This document shows positions 52,801 through 64,000 of a stretch of 64,000 nt of DNA, piece after piece. The DNA comes from Sphagnum compactum (Eukaryota). Under the pieces are notes generated by a model. The model made no database searches and was not told the origin of the DNA. It was given only the letters and a program-made list of their open reading frames with translations. Numbering within the stretch: position 1 is the stretch's first letter; the number at the start of each line of letters is the position of its first letter. The DNA is taken from assembly GCA_965153455.1 (NCBI GenBank), contig OZ234493.1:7120213-7184212 (forward strand), read 5' to 3'. The position numbers were made by a program, and so were the translations under genes.

Positions 52801-54868
52801 TTTTAAGCACATAATTCAATTACCATAACTTGTTTAATAGGAATAGTAGTATGTAGACCTGTAGTTTTACTTGGATCTTCTAGAAGTTTATATGATGATG
52901 GGCATGAATGATGATGAATGTTAGTAGCCTCAAATTTGAATGTTCAACTAGTTGTTTTGTTAAACACAAATTTATTATGTTTTTGCACTAAAATATTTGT
53001 ATAAAATAAATGTGGCATAATTAAAATGTTTGATATTTCTCGACAACAATTTGAATTGATATATTGAATGTCTTCCAAAGTTTGTGTGCACGTGCAAAAT
53101 TTGTTTAAGTTTTTATAAATTTTGTATCAATTTGTTGCAAAACTAAAGTTAATTCATAACATTTAACATTTTTTTTTCAAAAGTTTGGTGCTAATGCATT
53201 TATAATATCCAATAATCTTTAATGGGGGGTGTTTGATAAAAGTCATCTGACATGATGGCATCTAGGCCACCAAAATTTTTGTTTTGAATATGTTTTATTG
53301 TCCTTGATCAGTGGTTTAAAACATTAAACATTCTAACACCTACAAAAGATATTTCATCTATTACAGCTAATTATAACAGTACATATCAACATGTGAGTCT
53401 ATTTAAAGAATCTAACAATAAATTTGATAAATTTGTTAATGTTTGTTGAACAAATATGTTCAATGTTGAATGTATTATTTGACCATCAATATTAAATGCA
53501 ACTTTACCTATAGATGCCATTTAAGTAATGCTTTAATTTTTGTTAGGCTTGATGATAAATCTTTATTATATGTTCATAATAATCTTTGAATTATTAGTTT
53601 TAAAGTAAAAAATTTACTAGTTCTAGTACCTCTTGTGTATTGTAATATTAACATTTTTTTTTTCTATACATGATATCGTCAAATATTAATTTTTGTTCTT
53701 CATTTAATTGTGTAAACATACTTCAATATTTTAATTCATCCATCATCATAGAATTTGATGATATTGTGAAACCATCATATATCTTCAAAATTTTGTGTTT
53801 TATGATCGAATGTATTACATGATTGAATGATAGAACTCAGTTTTCAAATCATATTTTTCATAATTTAATGTATTTGTAATGGGGATTAAAGGATGTGTGT
53901 CACCAATGTGATCATCAATGTGTTAGATGCCAAGAGGAGGGTTTCAAGTTTTGTTTGGACACCACAAGCAACAAAACCCTCCCCTGGCTGCTATACTCTA
54001 ATACATTAGTTGCATTTAATGTGCAAGTAAGTTGGTTCATGAAGTTTGCAATGGAATTTTTTATCCCATATTTTTTGGCTTCCAATTTTATCTAGCTCAG
54101 TATATAACTAAAAGCAATATCTTTGAAATAACAAGACACCAAGTGCCATTGGGGATGAGTAGATAAATAAAGTTTGACCTTTATGAAATGGTTAATTCTA
54201 AAAATAAAATCGGATTATTCTTACCAATATAGTTTAAACCTAACTATGTTCAACCTACTTACATACCTAAATAAACCTACTTACCTTATAGGGTTTAATA
54301 ATTACCTACCTACCTAAGCAACATGTGTCAACATCTTATTAGCCATAGATTGGATGACTTAAATTTCATTAATTAATATTTAAAAATTAAAAATAGGAGG
54401 GCTTTAATTACCACGTATCATCATATAATTGGTGTTTAAAAAAGACAAATGTCAAATGGTTAATGAAGGTTCCATGGTGTGCCACGTGTCATCATCTTAG
54501 TGGCTGAAACTTTAATGATTGAGATTAATTCGATGAATTTTTTAATTTTGAAAACACAAAAATAATTAAATAGTGACTCGTATCCACAAGCTAGTTGTCC
54601 AATTTTTAAACACATGTCATATTTTTATTAGTTACATTGTAGTTGCAAGGAGAGTTGCACATAAGGTGCAACTGCATTTGGATTAGTATGTATGGATGAG
54701 CATGTATATTAACATCGTATATACATGTTGCATAAGTAGTGTCGCATGCTACTGGATGTCATGTGCAACTTGTCTTAGGCAACTACACAAATTTACAATT
54801 GCATGTGTCGCATGCAACTGAATTTTAGTTACAAACGACAATTGCAAAACCCAAAATTTCTAGTAGTG
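49853..54868. mobile_element. Possible degenerate CACTA-like non-autonomous remnant(s)
   Basis: TTTCTAGTAGTG (reverse complement of CACTACTAGAAA) ends at 54868; degenerate match CTCTACCAAAAA..GGGTTTG at 49853; TGCAAC/GTTGCA motif clusters at 49880-50180, 51720-52100 and 54640-54850. Confidence 0.4.
51150..51590. repeat. ~30-bp minisatellite (AACCTTCAACATCCAAGAGCAAAA..), ~14 copies
   Basis: Recurring accttcaac units. Confidence 0.85.
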
Positions 54869-55499
54869 GATGGAAATGAAGAGAAAGCCCTCTAGAAATT
54901 TCCTTCTATCATTTATATTTGGAGAGATTTCTTAAGTGTATTTTTTAGATTATTTCCTTTTGTGTTTTTGCAACACACTTTTATATACACATTAATAATG
55001 CCTCCTCCAAAACAATAAGCATGTTACCTATTTTAATGGGTCTTTAATTTATAGTGTTTTTTTTCCTAGAATTGCCAAATTTCCCAACCAAGATGTGTCT
55101 GGTGACAATCACATACATCTTGGAGCTGTCTAGACACAAATTTTGTGTCTTATTATTATACACGCTTTGGACGTGTAATGATAATATGTTTACTAATGTC
55201 CATTGCATGTTCTAAGTCAAATGTTGAACAGTTCTCAAATGTTGACTCAATTTTCGACCTGATTCTTGGACCACTTTTCACAATGAGAACCGATTAACAC
55301 TTCTAAATGTGAAAACCAGATTGAAAATCGACCTCAGGTTCTCAAAGGATCAAAAACCGACTCAAATGTTTTTTTCTTTTTCTTTTGGAGAACCGGGTAG
55401 GCCCTCTCATAGAATTCAGATTCGGTTCTCAAAAAAATTTATGCTAAATTCTCAAAAAAAGAATGCATATCCCTAGCTACATGAGGAGGGTCATCTCAC

Positions 55500-56675
55500 G
55501 CTACACAAAAGCATGACTGAAACAAATGTGGGCCCCCTTTTAACTTAAGAAAAATACTCCTCCAAAATGGGTCTATTGAAAATACAAAACTTAGAGCACA
55601 AATACGGAGCCACTTAAGCCCAACTCCTTAGAAAAATAGATGGTGCACAATCCTCTATAGAAAAAAGGCCTATATCACCAAAAAGATATTGGTAATTGAG
55701 CCTGATGCCACGCTTAGGGGCTCTAAAAAAACTCCCATAATCCTAGACCCATAATATCCCCAGAAATTTGCATAACTCTCTTATTGAAACCCGCCAAAAG
55801 AGATAGGAAAGACAAATAAGAAGGTATTGTCCTTGTGAAATAAAAAGGTTGACGAACTACACATGAGGGCAAAATGCTCAAAACAACCTGGGCATCTTCC
55901 AAGAGAAGAAGATCATCGAGATGCACCATGTCTTAAGAAAAAAACCTCATCCAAAAAATGCGTGGCAAAGTCTTAAAAACCCACTAACACACCCAATATG
56001 CATAAACCATTTGTGACCAAAGCGTAGCCCTGAAAAATTTATATGCTTGGAAACAATTTTGATGGACTCCAAAGCTTGCACTTTGATACCTTCACCCTAA
56101 GCCCAATTAGAGTTAATTGGGTTGAAATGTGGTCAAAGGCGTGGGTAATCTCACTCATAGGCCCCATGATGTGAGTATTATCTATTTAAGATGGAAAAAC
56201 ATAATTGGGGGCCTGCACGATGGTCTCAAAGAGAGCTCAATAATGGACAAAAAAGATAAAAGGCCTCTTAGTGGATCACCATGCCTCATGCTTAAAGATG
56301 ACTCAATAATGGTGACCCCCTCCACATGTTGCCCATGTTGATAATAAATAAAAAATGAGCACCATAAAACAATTTGGTAAAGGGGACAATGTTCACCAAA
56401 AGCCCCTTGGCATCATCCAACTTTCTAAAAATAATAGCTCGATAAACGATATTACAAGTGTTTTTGACATCGACTTGCATCACGGCCCAATTAAGGTGTA
56501 AATTGAAGAGGGCTCGAATGCCAAAAGGAATGGCCTCACAACTTCCAAGGGTCGATACTCCAAACTAATGGGGGGATATGTGCTCCTTAAACAGCCCCAA
56601 AACTATAGGACAATGGAGCAACCAATAAGTTGAAAAAACACTCCACTTATTACAATAGGACAAAAACCACCCCAA
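55500..56675 (-). mobile_element. Non-LTR retrotransposon reverse transcriptase remnant (CRE-like)
   Basis: Degraded translation: PIVISG..SPH*FGVSTLGSCEAIPFGIRALF..WAVMQVDVKN..MRHGDPL..IDNTHI; multiple stops and frameshifts. Clade assignment is tentative. Confidence 0.75.
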
Positions 56676-58290
56676 AAAGAATTTATCTAAAATGCACCTA
56701 AAATGCACCTTAAATTTCATTCATCAACTAAAAATTCGGTTACATTATTGTGAATGGTAAGTGATAAGGAAACAACTTTCAGTTGGGTTCAAGTTCCCTA
56801 GCTAACCATGGTGGGTTAGGTCAGTTGCTTGTTTTATTACCTTTCAGTGTTTTTTTTCTTATTGAAATCTTGCCAAATTTAGAACCTGAAAAATATGATT
56901 TCGACCTATACAAAGGATTTTTCCATGGAAAAAATGGCCCAAATTCGCCAGGTTATTTTCTTAAAACTCCAAATTGCCATAATTTTTATGACAAATTCCA
57001 GTATGTAGCCAGGAATATAGAAGGATTCCGATTTTTTCCTACGTTCACATCCAGTCTGTAGCCAAATCTGGCTAAATCATCTTGTGGATGGCCACCACTT
57101 TAACTACATCACAAAATTGGAAAAAAAAAAAAACCCTGCTACCTACCTATAAAACTATCTCCTATTTTCTTACCTACCTACCTATATAGGTCTTACTTCT
57201 TGTGGGATGGGTTACCAAGGTAAAATCAGATATTGACTCAGTTAACGTTCATCCACAACTGGATCATAAGGGACATCCAATGGATGATGGTCATCCCATA
57301 ATGCAACCACTTATGAAAAATGGTCACAGTGTCCGGATTCCCACAATTGACAGTGAATGATTTGCCACTTGGCAGTTCCAACTCGTACTTCACACACACA
57401 AAAGGAATGTTGAACCAGCCTAAAACCCCATAGTTATAAACTTTTAAAGTATCAAATATGGACCTTATTTTCATGTGTTTTCTCAAAACATAATTTTTGT
57501 TGGTTTTCCAAAAAAAATTGGCTAATGAACATGTTTTAAAAATCTCTAGTTGAGTTTTCATTTATGTGGACTTTATGGATTTTCCTTTTAGGATTTCCAA
57601 GTTGCATCCATCATAGTGGATGACATCAACATTTAACATTCATTTAAGTTTTGACCTAAATTTTAAAAGGTTTCATAGGTAGATGAACATCTAGTAATCA
57701 AAGATTAAAATAACAAAATCTTTGAAAGTAATAGGCTTGTCCATTTGGGAAAAAAACCTAATATGGACTTGTATGGAATATTGTATATGTTGTTTTTGAA
57801 CCAATATAAAAATGCATATACCCAAACAAATAGATTGCAAAGTCCATGGACCATGAATTTAAGCACCTTCATAATATGTAACAAAGGGCACACAAGCTAC
57901 AACTTTGAGGCTACAAGGTTGCAAAGCTTTCAAGTTGAGTGTTCATTTTCCCTATGAGTGTACGTAGTCGATGGTCAATTATAGTGCACTATTCTTAATG
58001 AAAATGGGTTAGAGGGACTCAATGAATGTAATCACCTCTTGTGTCCCAGGACAAACTTGACCACATTCGAGTGCTGTGCTTTCTAGAGGATAAGTACATA
58101 CCCCCACCAACCCCACCAGTATTGTTTGCTTGGTTGCACATGTGATAGTTGGTTTTGCTTGTGTGTAGATCCAACACACGAAGCAGCTCAGGATTTTTTT
58201 TTTCATAAAGAAATTGAAGTGGCCTACTACTGTGGAAGGAAAAAACAAAAAAAACCGTTTGAGAGCTTTCTCCAGTTGGGTATCATCAGG

Positions 58291-59824
58291 ATGAGTCCAG
58301 AAACGTCTGTTACGGTGAGATTGGGGATCTTGGGTTGTGCATCCATTGCTGAGAAAGTCGTGAGAGCGGTTCTGCTTCTACCGGAGATTCGACTTGTTGC
58401 ACTAGGAAGCAGATCTCTGGCCAAAGCGCAAGAATTTGCAAAACGCAACGGTTTGCCAGCAGATGCAAAAGTGTATGGGAGCTATGACGAGGTGTTGGAT
58501 GACACCTCCGTGGATGCAGTGTATATTCCTCTGCCCACTGGCCTCCATGTGCACTGGGTTCTGAAAGCTGCAGAGAAGAAGAAGCATGTGGTGCTGGAGA
58601 AGCCTCCAGCACACACTATGGAGGAGATGGAGCTCATGACATCTGCCCTTGAGAAGCAGGGCCTGCAGTTCATGGATGGCACAATGTTTGTGCATCATCC
58701 CCGAACTGCAGAAATGCACCGAATCCTTCACAATCCACAACTTTTTGGCACCATTCGTGAGGTGGGTGTTTCTATGCATTCCTGAATCTGTGTCCCTTCA
58801 TCCCTAAGCTACTGAATCCTTTAGCGATAATGAACTAGACAGCAGGCAGGGTTTGGCCGATTCTGCCTTCTAGTCTTAGCTAGCCTGTGGCCAAGTCCAG
58901 TACAGTCAAGCTAGGAGATGGAATCAGCCAAACCCTGCCCATTCCCTGGCAAACAGCTGTTGGTTTCATATACTATGTACGGTGTAGAATCAACCAGGCT
59001 GCTGATTAGGTCTACAGAATCAGCACCCATGTGGAATAGCCAATGCAGCATGAGAATTAGTTGATTAAAAGGGAGAATAAGACCTCACAGCTGTCAATGC
59101 ATCCTTAGTGATTTTTGGTGACCAAAGCATACATGGTCCCTCACATACTGGGAAACAGTTTACTGACTACTCCCCTGTGGATTTTCTTGATCAGATATCT
59201 GGTATTTTTAACACCAATATGGAGAGCACATTTGGGCCAACATGGTCACAATCAAATGTACGTGGACAAGCCCATTTGGATGGGCTTGGTTCCTTGGGTG
59301 ACTTGGGGTGGTACTGTGTCAGAGGCATCCTTTGGGCCTTTGACTATGAGATGCCATATAAGGTTATTGCTCACCCAGGTACAAGATTCAATGATGCAGG
59401 TGTGATTATTTCATGTGGAGCAACTCTTGAGTGGGAGGATGGAAGAACAGCGACATTTCGTGCCTCTTTTCTAACTGATATGGTAATGAGGCTTATGGTT
59501 ATGGGATCTCGGGCAGTTTTGGACATTGGGGACTTTGTGATCCCAGTGAAGGAAGATGTTGCTACCTTCCAGTTCAACCAGGGTTCAGCTTGGTTGGATC
59601 GGTCAACAGGTTGGACAAGAAACACACATGTACATGAGGTAAAAACAGAATTGCCACAAGAAGCTTTGATGTTTCGGGAGTTTGCACAGCTTGTGAAGGG
59701 AATCATTACTGGCACTGGAAAGCCCAACCCTATATGGCCAAGTGTTTCCAAGAAAACTCAAGCTATTCTCAATATTGTGAAGGAGTCAATTGAGCATGAC
59801 TGTTCTCCAATCACTTTAAGCTGA
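58291..59824 (+). CDS. Gfo/Idh/MocA family NAD(P)-dependent oxidoreductase (At4g09670-like), 2 exons
   Basis: Exons 58291-58761 and 59195-59824 join in phase 0. Motifs: VRLGILGCASIA, DAVYIPLPTGLH, HVVLEKP, FMDGTMFVHHPR, LDGLGSLGDLGWYC, ELPQEALMFREF. Confidence 0.93.
58845..58939. other. Intronic imperfect hairpin (~29-bp stem)
   Basis: GGCAGGGTTTGGCCGATTCTGCCTTCTAG pairs with CTAGGAGATGGAATCAGCCAAACCCTGCC. Confidence 0.75.
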
Positions 59825-61310
59825 ACTGAACCTTGAATACCATGTAGGTTGGCATTTTTAAAGGTGTGTGGGATTGGCACTTTTGCTGGTATGGACAACT
59901 ATGCAACATGAAGTTTGCTGAATATTCATGTTTGTGACTACTGGAAAGACAGTTGAAGTATATTGAAGTATTTTTGTCTGGAAGATCCTGGACTCATGAT
60001 TGTCTTGCCAATTATTAAAATTCTGAAAATAATTTTGGAGTTATGACAGAAAGGCATGAGACAAGTGAAAAAGATATGAAGCACACCTGAAATATGAGTG
60101 CTCTGTTGGAGATGCATCCCCTTGAAAATGTCTTGATATCTCCACATTCTAGAGGTCTTGAACCTCATTGGTGAGCATTCTAATTATGGCTTTTAGATGA
60201 ATACTCATTACCAATTATGGCAAATTCAAGTGAGGTTCAAATCAATAGCTCTATTCTGATCAGGACCCACTAATAATATCACCTCTTTAGGCAATTTCTT
60301 ACATTTCAACTCACATAAGATCAAGCTTGGACTGATGGAAAAGATTCATAGCTTTGCATCAGTCCAAGTCAATGTTCTTGCTGAAGAAGCTATACAAACG
60401 CTTAGCTCTTTCAGTAAGATGGGTTTTTCCCCTTCTGACAGTGAATATGTACTAGATTTCTTACAAAGTTCTGAGGAGACATTTGAAAGTTCCTGTGGGA
60501 AGTGTTCATGGGAGTGCTACATGTGGGTCTTCTTGAGCTTTTGAAGAAGCATAAGTCTTTCAAACCATTCTAATCAGATCTTAAGTGATGATGTCTTGGA
60601 TCGATATATTTGGAAGTGGATGTAAACAACAAGCATTCCAACCTTGTCAAGGTGGGGCTTGGCTCACAATCTTCCAAAAATGTATACAAATGGATTATTT
60701 CCTCACTTTGTACAAATTTGTGGTGCAAAATGTATATATTTTGATATTTCAAGATTCTGCATGGTAGCATTATTTCAAATCTACTCAACTCTGAACTGCA
60801 ACAGGATTTGAGATAGATCAGCACCAATCTGACATTTGTGCACCTTTTGTATGATTGCACAAAATGGAAGATATGCAATCACATGGTCAAGTGACATCTG
60901 CCACAATGTGCTCCTGTGAAAGCCATTCAGAAATTGGGAATGGCCCATTCTAACTCTCAAACTTTTACAACTGCACCAGAGGTAATTGGTGATCATACAT
61001 CTGCATGGATGCAGTGCCACAGTGAACCCATTCAGGATGTTCTAAACCAGTTGACACTTTTTCATGAGAACAAGAATCCTCCTTTCAGAGGTGCTAACAT
61101 CAATCATAGTCAGAGCTATATGGAGGGTGCGTAGAGGGATTTTTTAGCTGCCACGGGTAGGGTATGTAGAACATTGAGCAATGCAGTTTGCATTTTACAC
61201 TAGCAACAACAACACTTCAGTTGAAAAAGACAAATTTGTGTTGTGGATAATATTCCAGCAAAAAAGCCCCTTCCACAACAAAGCAGAGCATGATGGAAAA
61301 ACCATAAATA

Positions 61311-62287
61311 TTAAGTGATGGGAGGAAAGGCAGCAGTCCACTGCTTTGGCAGCTGGTTGGCAAATACAAATCTCAGCAATGCAGCATCTTTTGCATCTAG
61401 TCTTTGGACTCCATACCCTCTTAATGCTGCATGCGATAGAACCCTACGACCACGAATAGCAGCCTTCTTCCTTGTTCTCACAAACAAGGAAGATGCAGTG
61501 GTGCAGGCTTTCACTTCAGAGACCGTATCTGTATCATCCTGATCAACCTCAGACCCAAGAGCTCCTGCAATTGCTGTATCTTTTCCATTGCCTGTAGTGG
61601 CAGGGCCCCACCAATGTGAGGATGCTCTGCTCAAGCCTTTTGAAGGATAACCCAGTTTTAGTTCATCAAGGAATGATGGTATAGGTGCCTTTTGCTTCTG
61701 AAGTGTCTGTGCAGGCAGGGTTCCTGCTGATAGAGGACTCCGTACATATGTTGATGGAGTGCTTGCTGATGCAGAATTGTTGCCTTGTGTTGCAGTGGGC
61801 TGCTGTGGTGGTGTAATTCTAAGAACAGGAACATGACTTTGAACCGGAAAAGTCCTGTGTGGTTGCATTGAGGATTGATGTGGCAGAAGCTGATTTACTG
61901 CCACAGTGGGCTGCATCATAAACAACTTGGGGTCTGCATGACCTCCAGCAACCAGCAGCTTTGCACCTCTACACCCAAACAGACTCAGTTTTTAAAAAAT
62001 TCACTTTAACCCCTTCCACAAAATCACAATCAAAATAGTAGCCAATATTTGTGGTGCTCAAAAAACAGCAGTGGGTCCAAGAATGGTGCCAAAGGTAGAC
62101 ATGATACTTACAAGTGAGGAGTTCCAGAGACAGAGTCATGGTTGTGAACAGAAGGAGGTGGCTTAAGCTGCTGCTCCAACCTCTGATTCACAAGCTGATT
62201 GTTTGCCATGTCTCTGAGGGCATCTTGTTTGATGTCTTCAATTGACTTCCCTGCCAAAAACTGCCTCACAAGCAAAGCCTTGCTTAC
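61311..62287 (-). CDS. 3' exons of an uncharacterised protein gene; upstream exons not resolved
   Basis: Exon ~62287-62112 (GTAAGT donor) joins exon 61968-61311 in phase (PHL|GAKLLVAGGHADPKLF); low-complexity middle; C-terminus RGYGVQRLDAKDAALLRFVFANQLPKQW. Confidence 0.65.
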
Positions 62288-64000
62288 TGTTACATACATA
62301 TCAAGCAATCACAGGTTCCAAAAGCTATTTGATATCAATGCTGATATTGTTCTGACCAAGGATGGCGAACATGAAGTCACAAGGAAATATTCCTTCTCAG
62401 CATCCACTGTCACTGGATCTAAACATACTCTGAGCAGCTTTATACCTTGCGATATGGCCATCGAGGAATACCATTCTCCTTGCAGATTCGCTTAAGTGTA
62501 GAAACACAAACACCTGGCCCAATACATGAACTGTCTTATTAGTCCCTCCTTGTGTTCAATAAGCGCTCAAGTAAGACATGAGGAAAGGTGCAATGCAAAC
62601 CATATGGTTGTTGCCTAAAGATGTGGCACCTTAAGCTGGGCATGACAATGGATAAAAATTACTAGAACTAAAGACATGTGCACTGATTCATAACTATATA
62701 CGAAAGGGAAACAGAAATTACAACAATCCTTGCTGGATGACTATTTAGCACAATTATCACACTAGCAAAGGACCAAAAACGTCCAGAACTATCAGAGAAT
62801 TGTTGGAAGAAATGGAAGTGGGGGAGGAGGAGGTTTTGTCGTCAGGTTTTACACAGCTAAACATTCTTTCACGCAGAAAACCATATCCTACTGAGTAGAA
62901 TAGTTCAAAAATATATGTACTTATAATTGTCCAAGAGTCTGCAAACAGACAATTTGAGGTCACAAAAAATGCCCGTTGATCTTATGTTGAGATTACAAAG
63001 TTGGCCACCGAACAAAAGTAGATAGATAGCGGTAAGAAAAAGAGGAAAAGAGGAAAGAAAGAAGGCCAAAAAGAAAATGAATCAGAACAGAAAGCAATAA
63101 CCAGTCGACAATAATCTATCAGACAAAACTGTAAGTCTAGGCTACTTTATGAAACACAACCTGCATATTGTGTTTTTGTCACAAAAACACTGGCAATGGA
63201 AAGATGCAGTTGTGATCACTAGCACCACAAAGTAGGAAAGGAAAGAAAGGAGAACATGAAATGAAAAGAAACTGTTTGAAGAGGGAACAAGAGGAGGTAA
63301 AGTTGAAAAGGGGAATCAGAAGAGAAAACTGCAGTAAAATGTGGACCCTGAATAGCTCAATATGTGGAACTAGAAAACCAAAAGTTTCTTTGAAGACTCT
63401 CGAGGCCACATTTTTGGGTACAAAGCAATTCTCTTTGTTGGCAACCTGAAGGAGGAATCTAAAAGGACTGCCCATTGTCCTCTGTGAGATAGAATAGAAT
63501 AGCATTGCGGCAAATGATTCTTTTGAGACAAAAGGCCTCAAGAACAGCTGTAATTGATGAACACTATTTGAGCAACTAGAATCAAGTATGTCACATCTGA
63601 ATCATGTCAATGCCAGCATCCTCCAGTGCAGAAACAGTTATGTATTGATTCTTAAGCCTACAGCACTTACTTGGGGTTATTACTACATCCAAAGAGCTTG
63701 CAAGAGAAGTTAGTACAAATACCAATAAAGCATGAAACAAAAGGAAACGATACGCCTGCATTAAGAGAGCCTTTATCTGAGACGAATCTGACAAAGTAAT
63801 AATATATGCAGACCAAAAAATTGTCATTCCTTAAAGTACTTACTTATGAGATGTCTGACCTGGGGTTCTGAGACATATAAGATTGCAGAATATATAATGC
63901 TGCTACAACAGACATGTGCAATTTCAAACAAAGCAATCCAACATTAGCAATTGCGAAAGCGAACAGTTTCTATTACTATCAAAGTGGTATTTGGAAAAAA

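Overview
Eukaryotic, intron-rich land-plant DNA. Gene types and repeat style suggest a moss, plausibly Sphagnum; this is an inference, not a database result. Host genes that appear intact are a 9-exon laccase (-), a 7-exon Mn-CDF/MTP8-like transporter (+) and a 2-exon Gfo/Idh/MocA oxidoreductase (+); the 3' exons of an uncharacterised gene lie at the right end (-). Damaged genes are a PERK-type receptor kinase pseudogene and an intronless ankyrin-PGG (ACD6-like) gene with internal repeat expansions and one in-frame TGA. The centrepiece is a putative ~9.1 kb composite Helitron (30988-40111). It carries an intron-retaining captured 5' fragment of an STY8/17/46-type kinase gene, a 39-bp-stem hairpin, internal 3'-end-like motifs, and a nearly intact 4-exon Rep/Pif1 gene with 7 x 23-aa N-terminal repeats. 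Two mini-Helitrons with the same 3' terminus follow directly. The rest is AT-rich, with PIF/Harbinger and non-LTR RT remnants, a degenerate telomere-like tract, minisatellites and a dispersed short repeat. Splice sites and lesions were read by eye.
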